A stretch of DNA of 64,000 nt, from assembly GCF_963921235.1 (NCBI RefSeq), contig NC_086097.1, positions 84,632,001 to 84,696,000 on the forward strand, given 5' to 3'. This stretch comes from Mobula hypostoma. Lineage: Eukaryota. The notes beneath the pieces were generated by a model, which ran no database searches, was not told the origin of the DNA, and worked only from the letters and a program-made list of their open reading frames with translations. This document shows positions 50,572 through 62,850 of this stretch, piece by piece (position 1 is the first letter of the stretch; every line of letters starts with the position of its first letter). The position numbers and the translations under genes are program-made.

Positions 50572-53500
50572 GTAAGCACTAGAAGAATCTAAAATTAGTG
50601 GTAGACTTGATTTGAAAACTGTCTTGCAAAATGAATAATGTTGCAAAAGATACCATTTCACAGCAAACTATTTTTGTCCTAACTGCTGCAATTTACCATT
50701 ATTTTCATTGCCTTGCCTTGATGCCATGGATTTGCACTGGAAACAGTGCATAACCTAACTTTTGCTGCATGTAATGACTACTGAAGCATTTCAATAATCC
50801 CTTAAAATAAAACACTCCTATCAAACTAACAGCATTGTTAATACAGGAAAGGAAAATACGTTTTAGCTCTGTATAGATCGGTATATATTGTTCATTTTCA
50901 AATGGCTGAATAACGAAGCAAGTTCCAGTGATCATGGTACTCATCCCTGGTCCTGACTGACTTCCTTGTGTTGGTGTATGGGTAATTGGCTTCTAATTAG
51001 AGTCATGCCACCGATGGCCAGGATTTCCTGTTTAGCAGTGAAGAACAACATTTAGTGTCGACCTTGAAGAAACCAATCCACAAAACTTCAACTGGTGGCA
51101 ATGGATTTCCATATTCTCATTGTGAATGTCTGTCTGCTTCTGTTCTAAAGAGAATCTGTGACTTTAGTCAATAGTGATATCATGGAGTAAGCTCAGTAGC
51201 CAATTGGTTGGAGAAGTTCCGACATAGCAATCAATTCCAGAGTGAAGAAAATCACCGATTTTTAAAATATTTTGAACACTTTACCAGAGATGAAAATAAG
51301 AATGTAACAGATACATGAATGGGACTAGAAGTTGAAATATCAATATTTAATTTGGGGGAAAATGCCAAATTGTACCCTTAGTTTTTAATTTTTAAAATCC
51401 TGGAACTTTGAAATAATTAGACTTCAAAAGAAAATGAGGACTTCAAGATAAAGACTGGTGAGACTCAACATGTTAGTTAAGAATTCTATAACATTTTGTG
51501 AAATAATGTGTTTTACACCAATGAGTGTTAATAAATACAGTTCACCAGTTCTGTCTTATTACCTCAGCAACATGCATCTTGTGTAAAACAAATTCTGGTT
51601 TTCCATTTTTAATGCTACACGTGCAGAATCTAGAAGTTGTAGTCAGTCTTTCAGTAATGATAACAAATGGTTCTGTTACTGCAATTGCAAATTCCTGATC
51701 TGTGTCTGCTTTCCGTTTGTAATGTGAAAGCCAGAATGTAATTAGGCTGCTTAATTGAGAAGGAGCTATAATGCTACTTAATACTTTTGTCAGTTACTGT
51801 CTATGAACTTTCTGGACAGGAAGCTGAATTTTCCTTTCAAATACCTATGCTTATGACTATGGGAGGAAAATCTTTCTGTTTACTTTTTTGATAGTTGCTC
51901 ATTTGGAATTAAGAGCAAAATGTTGTAATAAGTTATAATTCATTTTGTTTAATGTGAGAGAGATTAGTAGCAACAATGTTCTTGTAGCTTCTTGACCTTG
52001 AGCAGGCAAGGACCTTTCAAAATATTGGATATGATTATTAGTATTACAGCGTGTTCACATAGCATTTATAGCAGTGTCTCCAGAGCAGATGTCATGCATA
52101 CAAGTCTTTCTGGATTTCTGAATGTTTGGTTTACAATTTTCACTGTAATGCTTTGATTTTTGGGATGCATTTCTTTAATTTACGAATCTGTATTTCAGAA
52201 TGACTTTCTCCATGTATAGGAATAGATTGTATCAACATTCCATAATGCATTTTAGCCATCTTTCTTAACTACAAAATTTAAAAAATGAAGTGTTTCCATC
52301 AGCATCCTTTTTGTAAATTGAGGAATGCTTGTTATTCTATTTCTACGGGCTTCATGCAGCTTGTAAACTGTATGAATTCCAGAAGAGGTTCCATCTTCAG
52401 GAAGTGTAAAGCCTTTGCAGCATAATTTCTTTATGTAGTGTACTGTCTGTCGGAATACTTCAAAACAAGCTTAATGAATGCAAACCAAAGTGGACTAATT
52501 CAGTGCCTTGAATGTATATTGATGCCGGAGTACGTGTGATGGTTATAACTGGTGGCCTATAACATGAAGAGTGTGATCTGGCTACCTGTATTCAGAAACA
52601 TGGATGCTCTTACTGGTCATACCGATTGATGGTTAAGGACTCTTCATCGAACTAAATGTTGTCTTCTGGCAATTGGGTCCTTTTTTCCCCCTTCATAAGT
52701 TCTTCTTGAATATCTGCAAAAAGAATTCAATGTTTTACTTGTAAAATGTTTGTCTCCTACACCAGTAATCCCGTAGGCATTCTTTTAATATTATTGATTT
52801 AGTTCCAATATATTCAGTTGACTGTTGTGGAATAATTCCTACAGAAAAATGATGACACTTGCTTTTTAATAACAATCTTAGCTGACTGCACTGTAAAATT
52901 ATACTAAAGACATAAATCTTCTACTCCCAAGTGTGTACAAAATTTCAACAGCTGTAGTTTTAGTTTCAGGGTTTCATTGCTTAATAGCATTTTATCTGTG
53001 CTTTTGTGAATGAGTTTTTGGTCACTGTTAATAATGGCTTGTTGGGAATACTATAGCTCTATAAGATGGTAACCAGTGAAATTTTGGGCAAATCTAGAAG
53101 CAAAAGCACATCTTTTCAAAGTAAATTTTATTATCAAAATGCATATATGTTAACATATACAACCCCGAGATTCATTTTCGTGTGTGTATGCTCAGCAAAT
53201 CTGTAGGACAGTAACTGTAACGGGATCAATGAAAGATCAACCAGCATGCAGAAGACAATCTGTGCAAATGAAAGTATAAATGTTACTCAGTAAATAAGAG
53301 ATTGCTCATATTTCTGTCATTTGTACTGATAGCTTGGCTTAATGTTAAATATTGCATAACTAGATTGAAAGAGTGGGGTGTTCTCGCAACTTTTCAACCA
53401 GCTTTCAGTCACCTCTGTTAAGCAACGTCTGGTTGTCTATTCCTTAATTCAGTTTTTTTTATTATCTTCCTATGTTGTATATCTTCAGGCTAATGAATTA

Positions 53501-54837
53501 TTTGGGCAAGATGTATAATCGAGTGAAACTGAGCATCAAACAAATAGATAAGCCCACCAAAGAACGTGGTTAATTGCAGTTAGTACTTCATTATGAGACC
53601 ATTTACACTAATGAACCGAATCATTGTTTCAGCTCCCGTTACATGGAATACCAAATGAAGTGCATCTTTGATGACAATAGAAAATGTGGAATGCTTTTGT
53701 GTAATTATGAAGTGTTAAACATTAGGCTTGTTCTATTCCCCTGCCCCTGTATTTTACACAAATAATTTGCAAAATTTCAAAACATAGTTAATATATTTTT
53801 AATGCGTGTTCATTTTTCAGGATATTGGTATCACTGAAGAGGCAAGCAATTATTGCCCTTGAGAAAGCAATGAGTTATCTTCTTGAATCACTAAAGTCCT
53901 TCTGTGGGAATTATCCTTTTTCTGGTGTAAAATGGAGTTAATGACCAAAATTTGCTGTGAACAACCTGCACTTGTCATCGACTTCCAAAGTAAAGCTGTA
54001 CAGTGAAATATTTTGGGGAAAGATGTCCCATCACTGGCAGTGAGAATCTGTCTGACAAAAAGCTCTTTCATGCTGTAGATATGCAATGTTGTGACTACAA
54101 AAATTATCATGCAGGAATGTGGGAAAACTGACAGCTCTCAAAGACATACTAGCTGGAACTGATTGCAACTAAATATTTCAGATGTAGAAACTTTTTATAC
54201 AAAGCAAGTTTAAATTTTCTAAAATATTCAAACATTTAGATGAAATGTGAAGAATATTTTAGAGTCGCAGAGTGAAAAGACATAGAACTGCGCCCCACTG
54301 ACAATAAACCATTCATTTTTACACTAATCCTATATACTCATCCCTACAATCCCATCAACTCCATCCCACCTTCTACCTTGATCTTACAGTCCAAGGACTA
54401 TTCCTAGCAGCCAATTAATCTACCACAGGCACAATTTTAGGGTGTGGGAGGAAACCAGAGCAACTGTTGGGAAACCCATGTGGTCACAGGGAGAATGTGT
54501 AAATTGCACACAAACCACACTGTGAGTCAGGGTGAACATGGCTCACTGGTAGCCTGGGTCACTGAGGTTGTGAGGCAACAGGTTTGCCTGCTGTGCTGAT
54601 ATAAAAATAAGCTCACAAATACCTTGATGCTCACAAGCAAAGTGCAGGAAAAACTCAACAAGTTGGGAAACATCTATGGAGGGGAATAAACTTTTGACGT
54701 TTCATACCTACGTCCTTCAGGATGTTTAGTCAAGATTACCAGCATCTGCAGAATCTCTTGTTGCCGCACATCTGACCCTGTCTGTTGAATTGAATGCATA
54801 TGGTGGGAAATATCCAACAATTCATGTTTCCATGCTA

Positions 54838-55749
54838 CACACACACAAAATGCTGGAGGAACTCAGCAGGCCAGGCAGCATATATAGAAAAGAGTACGGT
54901 CAAAGTTTCGGGCCGAGACCCTTTGGCAGGACTAGAGAAAAAAAGATTAAGAGTAAATTTTAAAAGTGCGGAAAGGGAGAGAGAAGCACATTAGGTTGGA
55001 AGCTACCTAGATGGAATATAGGGTGTTGTTCCTCCAACCTGAGTGTGGCCTTGTTGTGACAGTAGAGGGGGCCATGGATTGACGTATCAGAATGGAAATG
55101 GGAAGTGGAATTAAAATGAGTGGCCAGTGGGAGATCCCACTTCTTCAATCTATGGCAGGTCTCACTGATAGACAGGAGGCCGCACTGGGAGCACTGGACA
55201 CAGTACGTGACCCCAACAGACTCACAGGTGAAGTGTTGCCTCACCTGAAGGGACTGTTCTGGGCCCTGAATGGTGGTGAAGGAGGACGTAGCCTAAAACC
55301 TAATGGCATGCATATCAATTTCTCGAACTTCCGGTAATGACACTGCCCCTTTCTCCATTCCCAAAACCCTTTTTCCTCTCTCACCTTATCTCCTTGCCTC
55401 ATCGCCTCCCTTTGGTGTTCCTCCCACCTCCTTTTTCTTTCTTCCATGGCCTTCTGTTTTCTCCTATCGGACTCCCCCTTCTCCAGCCCTGTATCTCTTT
55501 CACCAATCAATTTCCCAGCTCTTTACTTCATTCCTCCCCTCCCCATTTTACTTTATCACCTTGTGTTTCTCTCTTGCCTCCCCCACCTTTTAAATCTTCT
55601 CCTCATCGTTTTTTTCCCCCCATTCTTGCTGAAAAGTCTCGGCCCGAAATGTTGACTTTTTTCCATAGATGCTTCCTGGCCTGCTGAGTTCCTCCAGCAT
55701 TTTGTGTGTGTTGCTTGGACTCCCAGCATCTGCAGATTTTCTCTTGTTA
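54838..55749. mobile_element. Inverted (head-to-head) Penelope-like insertion with 15-bp TSD
   Basis: CATGTTTCCATGCTA at 54823-54837 and 55750-55764. Left arm (minus) encodes the GIY-YIG remnant FTCESVGVTYCVQCSQCGLLSISET...ATHFNSTSH...RLEEQHPIF; right arm (plus) is the same family 3' end. Confidence 0.92.
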
Positions 55750-58526
55750 CATGTTTCCATGCTAACTTGCTTGTGGGTCCATCATTGGCATGCACATTGC
55801 AGAATTGTACTAAGCTCCTGATGATAGTTATTGATTCTTGAGTATTCACACTTGCTTGCATAGCACAGAAAAATCCCAAAGTTGTGAAGGACCTTTTTTT
55901 TTTAAAAGGAAGTGATGGTAGTTTCACCATACGGTTGTATTCTGTCCTTGAGTGTGTTGCAGATGTATGGTGTGAAATTATATTAGGTATGTTACTTGGA
56001 TTTTGTGCAGCTTTTTTTACTACCTCAAAACAGTTTTTTGGAATTGATATGAAAGCTATGGATGGTTTAGGAAGTGAGTTAAGCTCCATTCTTGTGTTCA
56101 TTCCCTAAGTATTATTTGTTATATAATCCACTTGAAAGCTTATTTTTTTTTGTTGTCAGAATTTTCATTGTCAACTGTCCTGACGTTTGCAGTACCTACA
56201 AGTTAATTTCGAGTGCCTTCTAATACTTTACAAAAGGAAGCAAATAGTGCAATTGAGACCCTTTTCCAAAGATAAATTCATTTCTAGTTTTTAAAAATGT
56301 GTATATTCATAATTATATAACAGTTGGATTACAATTACATTTTGTATTTTTTGCTGTAATCATGTACATACATTTGTCTGAGGTAATATTGCATTCCTCA
56401 TAAAGGGATTTTCAATGTCTATATAAAATTTCCTGTACAGTCCAATTTGCTGATTTACCAATATTGATGCACAATGAGTGTTTGCACAGTTAATTGGACA
56501 GTCCAACCTTGCATACTCATGTATTCTGAACTTTCTGCTGCACAGAGATCAGATGGGGAAAAAGTGATGATGCAACCATGCGTCGGTTTTTCTGCTGTGC
56601 ATTTTTCTTGCATGCCCCGATCAGGAGTCTGCTGAGGAACGAGGCATGAAGCACAAATTTTTCAGATAATTTTGAAGTATTTTGAGTCAGCCGCAGATGG
56701 CTTTTTGGCGACATTTAAGATGAATGTAGTGGAATGGCTGGAGCAAAGGGATTCTTAAAAATGCTTTGCCGGCAGGAATTTTTTTGAGGGAGCTGTGAGG
56801 TAGGATAATAGAAATTCCTTCCAAGTGACCCAATAAGTAGAAGTGGTAGCATGTTTTCATTTTCTAATATCCAGAGTTGTGAAACTAAAATTCTGCAATT
56901 CTTCCCTATCAGACAGAAAACGAGCATAGCTTAAATGATTTCAAAGGTAACTTAAGTTTTTTTAAAAAAGAGATACCAGAGACAACTGAAAAGATAATGG
57001 ATTGTTTTGCAGAATTAGCTTTGGTGTGTGCTGACAGCACAAAAGTTAAGGAAAGTTAATTAATGTGCAGCTTGATTTAGCTGTGGCCAAATTCATTGTT
57101 CCTGATATTTTTGTTGAGGAAGTTGTTGTTGAGTATGACTTAGATCTTCTGTAAAGAGGCTTTAGAGACAAGACAGAAAATCAGAATCAAATTTATTATC
57201 ATTGACTTGTGAAATTTGTTGTTTGAGGTCGTAATACAGTGCAAAGACATAATATTACTATAAATTACAAAATTAACTAAATGGTGTCTGATAGAAAGAA
57301 ATAACAAAGTTGTGTTCATGGACCATTGGGACATCTGATGGTAGAAAGGAAGGGGAACAAAATTGGTGGATATGTGTGGAACAAACTGTCAGGGGTTGTG
57401 CTAGAGGCAGATACATTTTAGAGATTCTTAGATCGGCCCATGGAGGAAAGAAAAATGGAGGTCTGTGTGGGCAGGAACTGTTAAATTAATCATCTAGTAG
57501 GTTAAAAGGTCGGCAAATGGCATGCACCAAAGGGCCTGTGCTACCTATGTCTGTTCTATGGTCTATGATAACACACACAAATGCTAGAGTGTGGAGAATA
57601 TTGCCTTTTTAAGCATGTAGTTTGACGTCTTAATTCGGTACTTGTGTGCAGTGGCTCACAATGACTGCATGCACACGCATACAAGGAGATAGAAAAACAC
57701 CCCACTTAATGAGACAGGTGAATTAATTAAGGAAGAAAGAAATCCAGACAATGTATTCTGGGCACTTTTATTGCCTACCACCTTTCTAAAAAAAAACTTG
57801 CACATGTTTAAATATATAAAGTGTAATTCGCTAAAAGTAACTTGTAACTTAAACAATGGTGAAAGAAATGTAAAGAATCACTTGTGCAGGTTCCTTCTAA
57901 AAGTGGCCATTTAATATTTGTTTATATTAGTGGAAGCACAAATGCTCTTGGGCATTACTGTATCAACTGGAAATGCGCCAATGCATTTGGATTTCTAGAA
58001 ATCTTAAAATGAGTTTTATTGAATCTGGCTTGGGAATTCAGTAAGAAATTATAAATGGATAAGGAACTGGCCTGGCAGGAGAAAACATACAGCAAAATAT
58101 TTGAATGAAAGCATTCATTTCTAATTTGAAACAACAACTTGTGATCTGTCGTCCTCAAATTTGAGCCCATCATAATCTGCTAATGTGGCCGAACAAACCA
58201 AATCTAGTTAATGCAGTATTCCTGAGCTCATTAATCTTAACTGGTTATCCACCAAATTCCTACCCTTGTTTTAAGATTAGATGTTTTGGCCTATGGAGGA
58301 AAGAGGTTGGACAGATTGTTGGATTATTATTTTTTCCCTGGAGAGATGGAGGCTGAGGGGGAACTCTGTTTGAAGGATATCTCTAAGAAGCTGTAGAAGA
58401 TTCTCATAGGGGAGGGGAGCAGCCAGAGGTCATGGTGTACGTTGGCACAAATTATGTAGGTAGAAATGGAAGAGTTCCTGCACAGAGGGTATAGAGAGTT
58501 AGGAAAGAAACTGGAGCAGGTCCGTC

Positions 58527-60926
58527 TGTCAGGAAATGTAAGGAAAGCTTGACCTAAACGTAAAGCAGCAGAGAAGATTTAGTAGTGAGCGAAGACTTCA
58601 ATAAAAAAAAACTGCAAAATAACAAACCATGAGTGCCACAAAATAACAGCAAACAGATACTTAACAAGACACGGCAACAAGGTAAATGAAGGTTAAATTA
58701 ACTGGTTGAGGTTGGCTAGTTCGATGGGTGAACAAGGACTGTGGTGACAGCTGGGTTTAAATAGGCCTCAGGTGATGAATTCGAAATCAGTGGCAGGTGA
58801 TTCTTGGTAGCTGGGTGGAGACTGGGAGGGGCCTGCCTATGCAGGTCTGATAGGAACCACCCCCTCCCTCCTACCTCTGGTTGATAGCTGATGGCCCAGG
58901 GCGATCCGGATGGGTCCAGTGGAATTCCTCTGAGCAGTGGATCCATAATGAAACTGGACTGCACCCAAGACCTCTCCTCCAGCCCATACCCTTCCCAGTT
59001 GACCAGGTAGTGCACACCCCATCCACGATGATGTGAGTACATCAACCGGTGAACCATGTACACTGGACTTCCTTCCACCATCTGATGCTCAGGAGATGCT
59101 GGCTCTGGTGGGTTGAGTGGTTCATGGACAACGGGCTTGAGGCAGGACACATGGAAGATAGATGTGATCCTGAGGGATGGTGGCAACTGGAGATTTGTTT
59201 GATGCCATGGTTAATTTTGAAGGGACCAATGAACTATTGTGGGAGCTTCTGGGAGTCAGTGTGCAGGGGCAGATCTCAGGTGGGCAGCCAGGTGCGGTCC
59301 CTAGGCCGGAGTAGACTGGCTGGGTGCTGGCGGTTGGCCTGGTGGCAGTAGGCATGGTTGGCTGCTAAGATGGACCTCTGTTCCCTCTTCCAAGCATTCT
59401 GGCTGCGGTAATCCAGGGCCCTGACAGAAGGGACCTTCACCGTGGGCTCCTCCACGGGAAACAACTGGGTTTGGTAGCTGTGAAGCACTTCAAAGGGTGA
59501 CATATCCGTGGCAGAAGAGGTATGTAGGCTGTGGGACAGTTCTGCCCAGAGCAGGTATTACTTCTAAGTAGAAGGGTTAGAGGCGGCGAAGCATTGCAGA
59601 AACTTCTCCACTTGCTGATCATCCCTTTCCGATTGACTGTTGGTCTGTGGATGATAACCAGAGGACAAACTCACTGAGGTGCAGAGGAGGGAGCAGAGGG
59701 CATGTCAAAGGCAGGAGATGAGTTGTGGGTCCTGGTCTGATGCAATGTCCTGAGGAAAACCATGGCTGTGGACTACATGTTGGAGAACGAGGTCCGTTGT
59801 CTCAGTGGCTGCTGGAAGTTTTGGGAGGGCAATGAACTTGGAGAACTAGTCCACCACTGTCTCAATCACCATGGCTCCACCAGGAGGTGGCAAAACATGT
59901 TGAAATTCCAGGCAATGTAGGACCATGGATGTCAAGGGACTGGTAGGAGCCCAGAAGGCTGCTGATTGGAAGAATTGGACTGGGCACATTGAGGGCAGGC
60001 AGCAATGAAGTGACATACATCTGTAATCATGGTGGGCCACCAGACTGGCATCACAGAAAATCCAGGGGTCTGTCACGTACCCAATGGAGTGCCTCAGAGC
60101 ACGCTGCGATTGCCAGGAATATCAGAAGGAGCAGGTTCATGCTGTAGGTCCCAGTGGACCTGGTTCTCAAGATCCCAAATGAACCGCCTGAGGAATTGCA
60201 AGGATGGAATGATGGGCTGAGGGTCAGTCTCCATTTTAGCTGGGTCAAACTGTCATGTTAGGGTGTCCACCTTAGTGTTCTTGTAACTGGGTTGTTAAGG
60301 GATGACTGACCAGGGTTTGCTGGAATGAGATGGCGAGTTGGTTGAGTGCTGCTTCTGGATCGTGTACTCAAGTACTCATTAAGGCAGACAACTTCCTTTA
60401 GGTGTGCAAACTCTGCTGGGTCACCCATCCCATCAGGAACTGTAGGGGAGGCTTGACTCAAGTGCAAAGCAGCTGAGACAACTTAGTGATGATCAATCAG
60501 TTTAATAATAATCTGCAAAACAGTAGACTATGATGAGCCACAAAGCAAGAATGAACGATACTTAACACAACAAGGTAACTAAAGGCTGGCTGGTTTGATA
60601 GGTGAACGAGTACTGTTGTTGTATTCTGAGGTTTTATGGTGTTTTCAGATGCATTACCAACACCTGAACTGGAGTATGAGACTGTGGATGAGAAATGAGG
60701 AAAAAAATCTGCAGATGCTGGAAATCCAAGCAGCACACACAAAATGCTGGAGGAACTCAGCAGGCAAGGCTGCCTGGTCTGCCAAGTTCCTCCAGCATTT
60801 TGTGTGTGTTACTGTGGATGCCAGCTGGGTTTAAATAGGTTGTAGGTGATAAATTGGAAACGAGTGGCAGGTGATTCCTGTTAGCTGGATGGAGACTGAT
60901 AGGTGTCTTCCGGTGCGGGCTTGACA
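58527..60926 (-). mobile_element. Chromodomain-bearing Gypsy (chromovirus-type) LTR retrotransposon, internally deleted
   Basis: Diverged LTRs at 58527-58852 and 60431-60926 (outer ends TGTCA...TGACA). Minus-strand polypurine tract adjacent to 58853. Integrase remnants [40 protein letters not shown]; chromodomain YLVNWEGYGLEERSWV. Confidence 0.9.
60691..60810. mobile_element. Mini PLE-derived hairpin insertion with 10-bp TSD inside the Gypsy LTR
   Basis: ACTGTGGATG at 60681-60690 and 60811-60820; ACACACAAAATGCTGGAGGAACT / AGTTCCTCCAGCATTTTGTGTGT inverted pair. Confidence 0.88.
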
Positions 60927-62372
60927 CAAAAAAGGTAGTAATTTCTGAATTATTCCCAGTGCCGAGTGCTAATTAGGGCATGAATAGCATTATAGCACAG
61001 ATGAGCAAGTGACTGAGGAACTAGTGCAGGGGACGTGTTTTCATGTTCTGGGATCATTGGAACCTCTTCTGGGGCAGGGATTACCAGAACAAGAGGGATA
61101 GGTTGCACCTAAGCTGGAGGGGAACCAATATTCTGGCTGGGAGGTTCACTACTGCTGCTTGAGAGGGTTTGAACTAATTTGGAAACCAGAGCACAAGGTC
61201 AGAAAGTGGAGAGATGGAGAGGAAGGTAGATGTCCAGATCAGTAAAAACAGCCAGGAGCAAATTAATAGATACGTGTAACAGGATGGATAGTACGAAGTT
61301 TATGTATTTTAATGTGAGGAGTTTTATGAGTAAAGGTGATGAAATTAGAGCAAGTATAGAACATGGAACTATGATGTTACGGCCATTACGGAGACTTGGT
61401 TCTGAGAAGAACAAGAACATGTGCCTGATATCCTAGGGTTTCAATGTTTTAGAAGAAAATAGAGAGGGAGGTTAAAATGGGGGGGGCAGTGTTGCACTAC
61501 TAATATACTCAGAAGGGACATAATGGAGGGCTCATTAACTGAGGTGGAACATATGGGTAGAACTCAAAAATAGGAAGAGTGCAATCATTCTGATGGGATT
61601 GTACTACAGACCTTCCAAAAGCCACCAGGATTTTGAGGAATAGATATGCGGGCAGATTAAGGAAAGGTGTAAAAACAACATGGGTGTTGTCAAGGGGGAG
61701 TTTAGCTTCCCTAATATAAAATGGAATTTTTTCAGTTTAAGAGATTTGGATGGGGCAGAATTTGTTAGATGCATCCAGGAGGGTTTCTTCATTAAGATGT
61801 AGATAATCCAACAAGAGGAGGGGCTGTGCTGGACCTGGTGTTGGATAATGAGTCAGTGGGTGAGCAATTAGGGTACAGTGACCACAACTCCTCAAGTTTT
61901 AAAGTAACTATAGATATGGACCTTGTGGGAGAGTATTAAATTGGAGCAGGCAAGTCACGAGAGCATTACGAGGCATGTGTTTTTGGACAAATCTACATCC
62001 AACATGTGGAGGTGTTTAAAGACCACCTGCAGAGTACAGCACCAGAATGTTCCAGTCAGAAGGAAGGATAGGATGGCAAGGTGAGGAGGTGTCAAGGGAG
62101 GTTTCATTAGGTACATTTAATGCATCCAATATACATCCTGAAATTCTTTTTCTTCGCAAACATCCACGAAAACAGAGGAGTGCCCCAAAGAATGAGTGAC
62201 AGTTAGAACCCCAAAGCTCCCCCCAACACGCGCAAGCAATGACCCCCTCCCCCCAGCCCACCAGCAAAAAGATCAGCGCCCGCCACTGAGCACTCAAGCA
62301 TGCAGCAAGCATCAGTAAAGACACAGACTTACAGTACCCTAAAGGCTACTCGTTCACCTGGTAATTCAACAT

Positions 62373-62850
62373 AGGACCATAAGACATAAGAGCAGAATTA
62401 GGCCATATGGCCCATTGAGTCTACTCTGCCATTCAATTATGGCTGATTCTTTTTTTCTATCTCCTCTTCAGCCCCAGTTCCTGACCTTCTCTCCGTAACC
62501 TTTGATGCCATGTCCAATCAATCTCTGCCTTAAATACACCCAATGACCTGGCCTCCACAGCTGCACGTGACAACAAATTCCACAAATTCGCGACCCTTTG
62601 GCTAAAGGAACTTCTCCACATCTCTGTTTTGAAAGGGCGCACCTCTGTCCAGAGACTCTGCCCTCTTGTCCTAGACTCTCCCATCATGGGAAACATCCTT
62701 TCCAGATCTACTCTGTCTAGGCCTAATAACATTTGAATAGTTTCAATGAGATACCCCCCCCACGATTCTTTTGAATTCCAGTGAGTACAGACCCAGAGCC
62801 ATCAAACGTTCCTCGTATGATAACCCTTTGATTCCTGGAGTCATCCTTGG
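62373..62850 (-). mobile_element. CR1 3' fragment nested in a non-autonomous Rex-like element
   Basis: FSQRVANLWNLL; host element is continuous across the insertion (ACATA on both sides). Confidence 0.85.

Noticed and set aside
56563..56634. Possible C/D box snoRNA (GTGATGA...CTGA)
   Set aside because: No terminal stem and no recognisable rRNA/snRNA antisense element; such boxes occur by chance.
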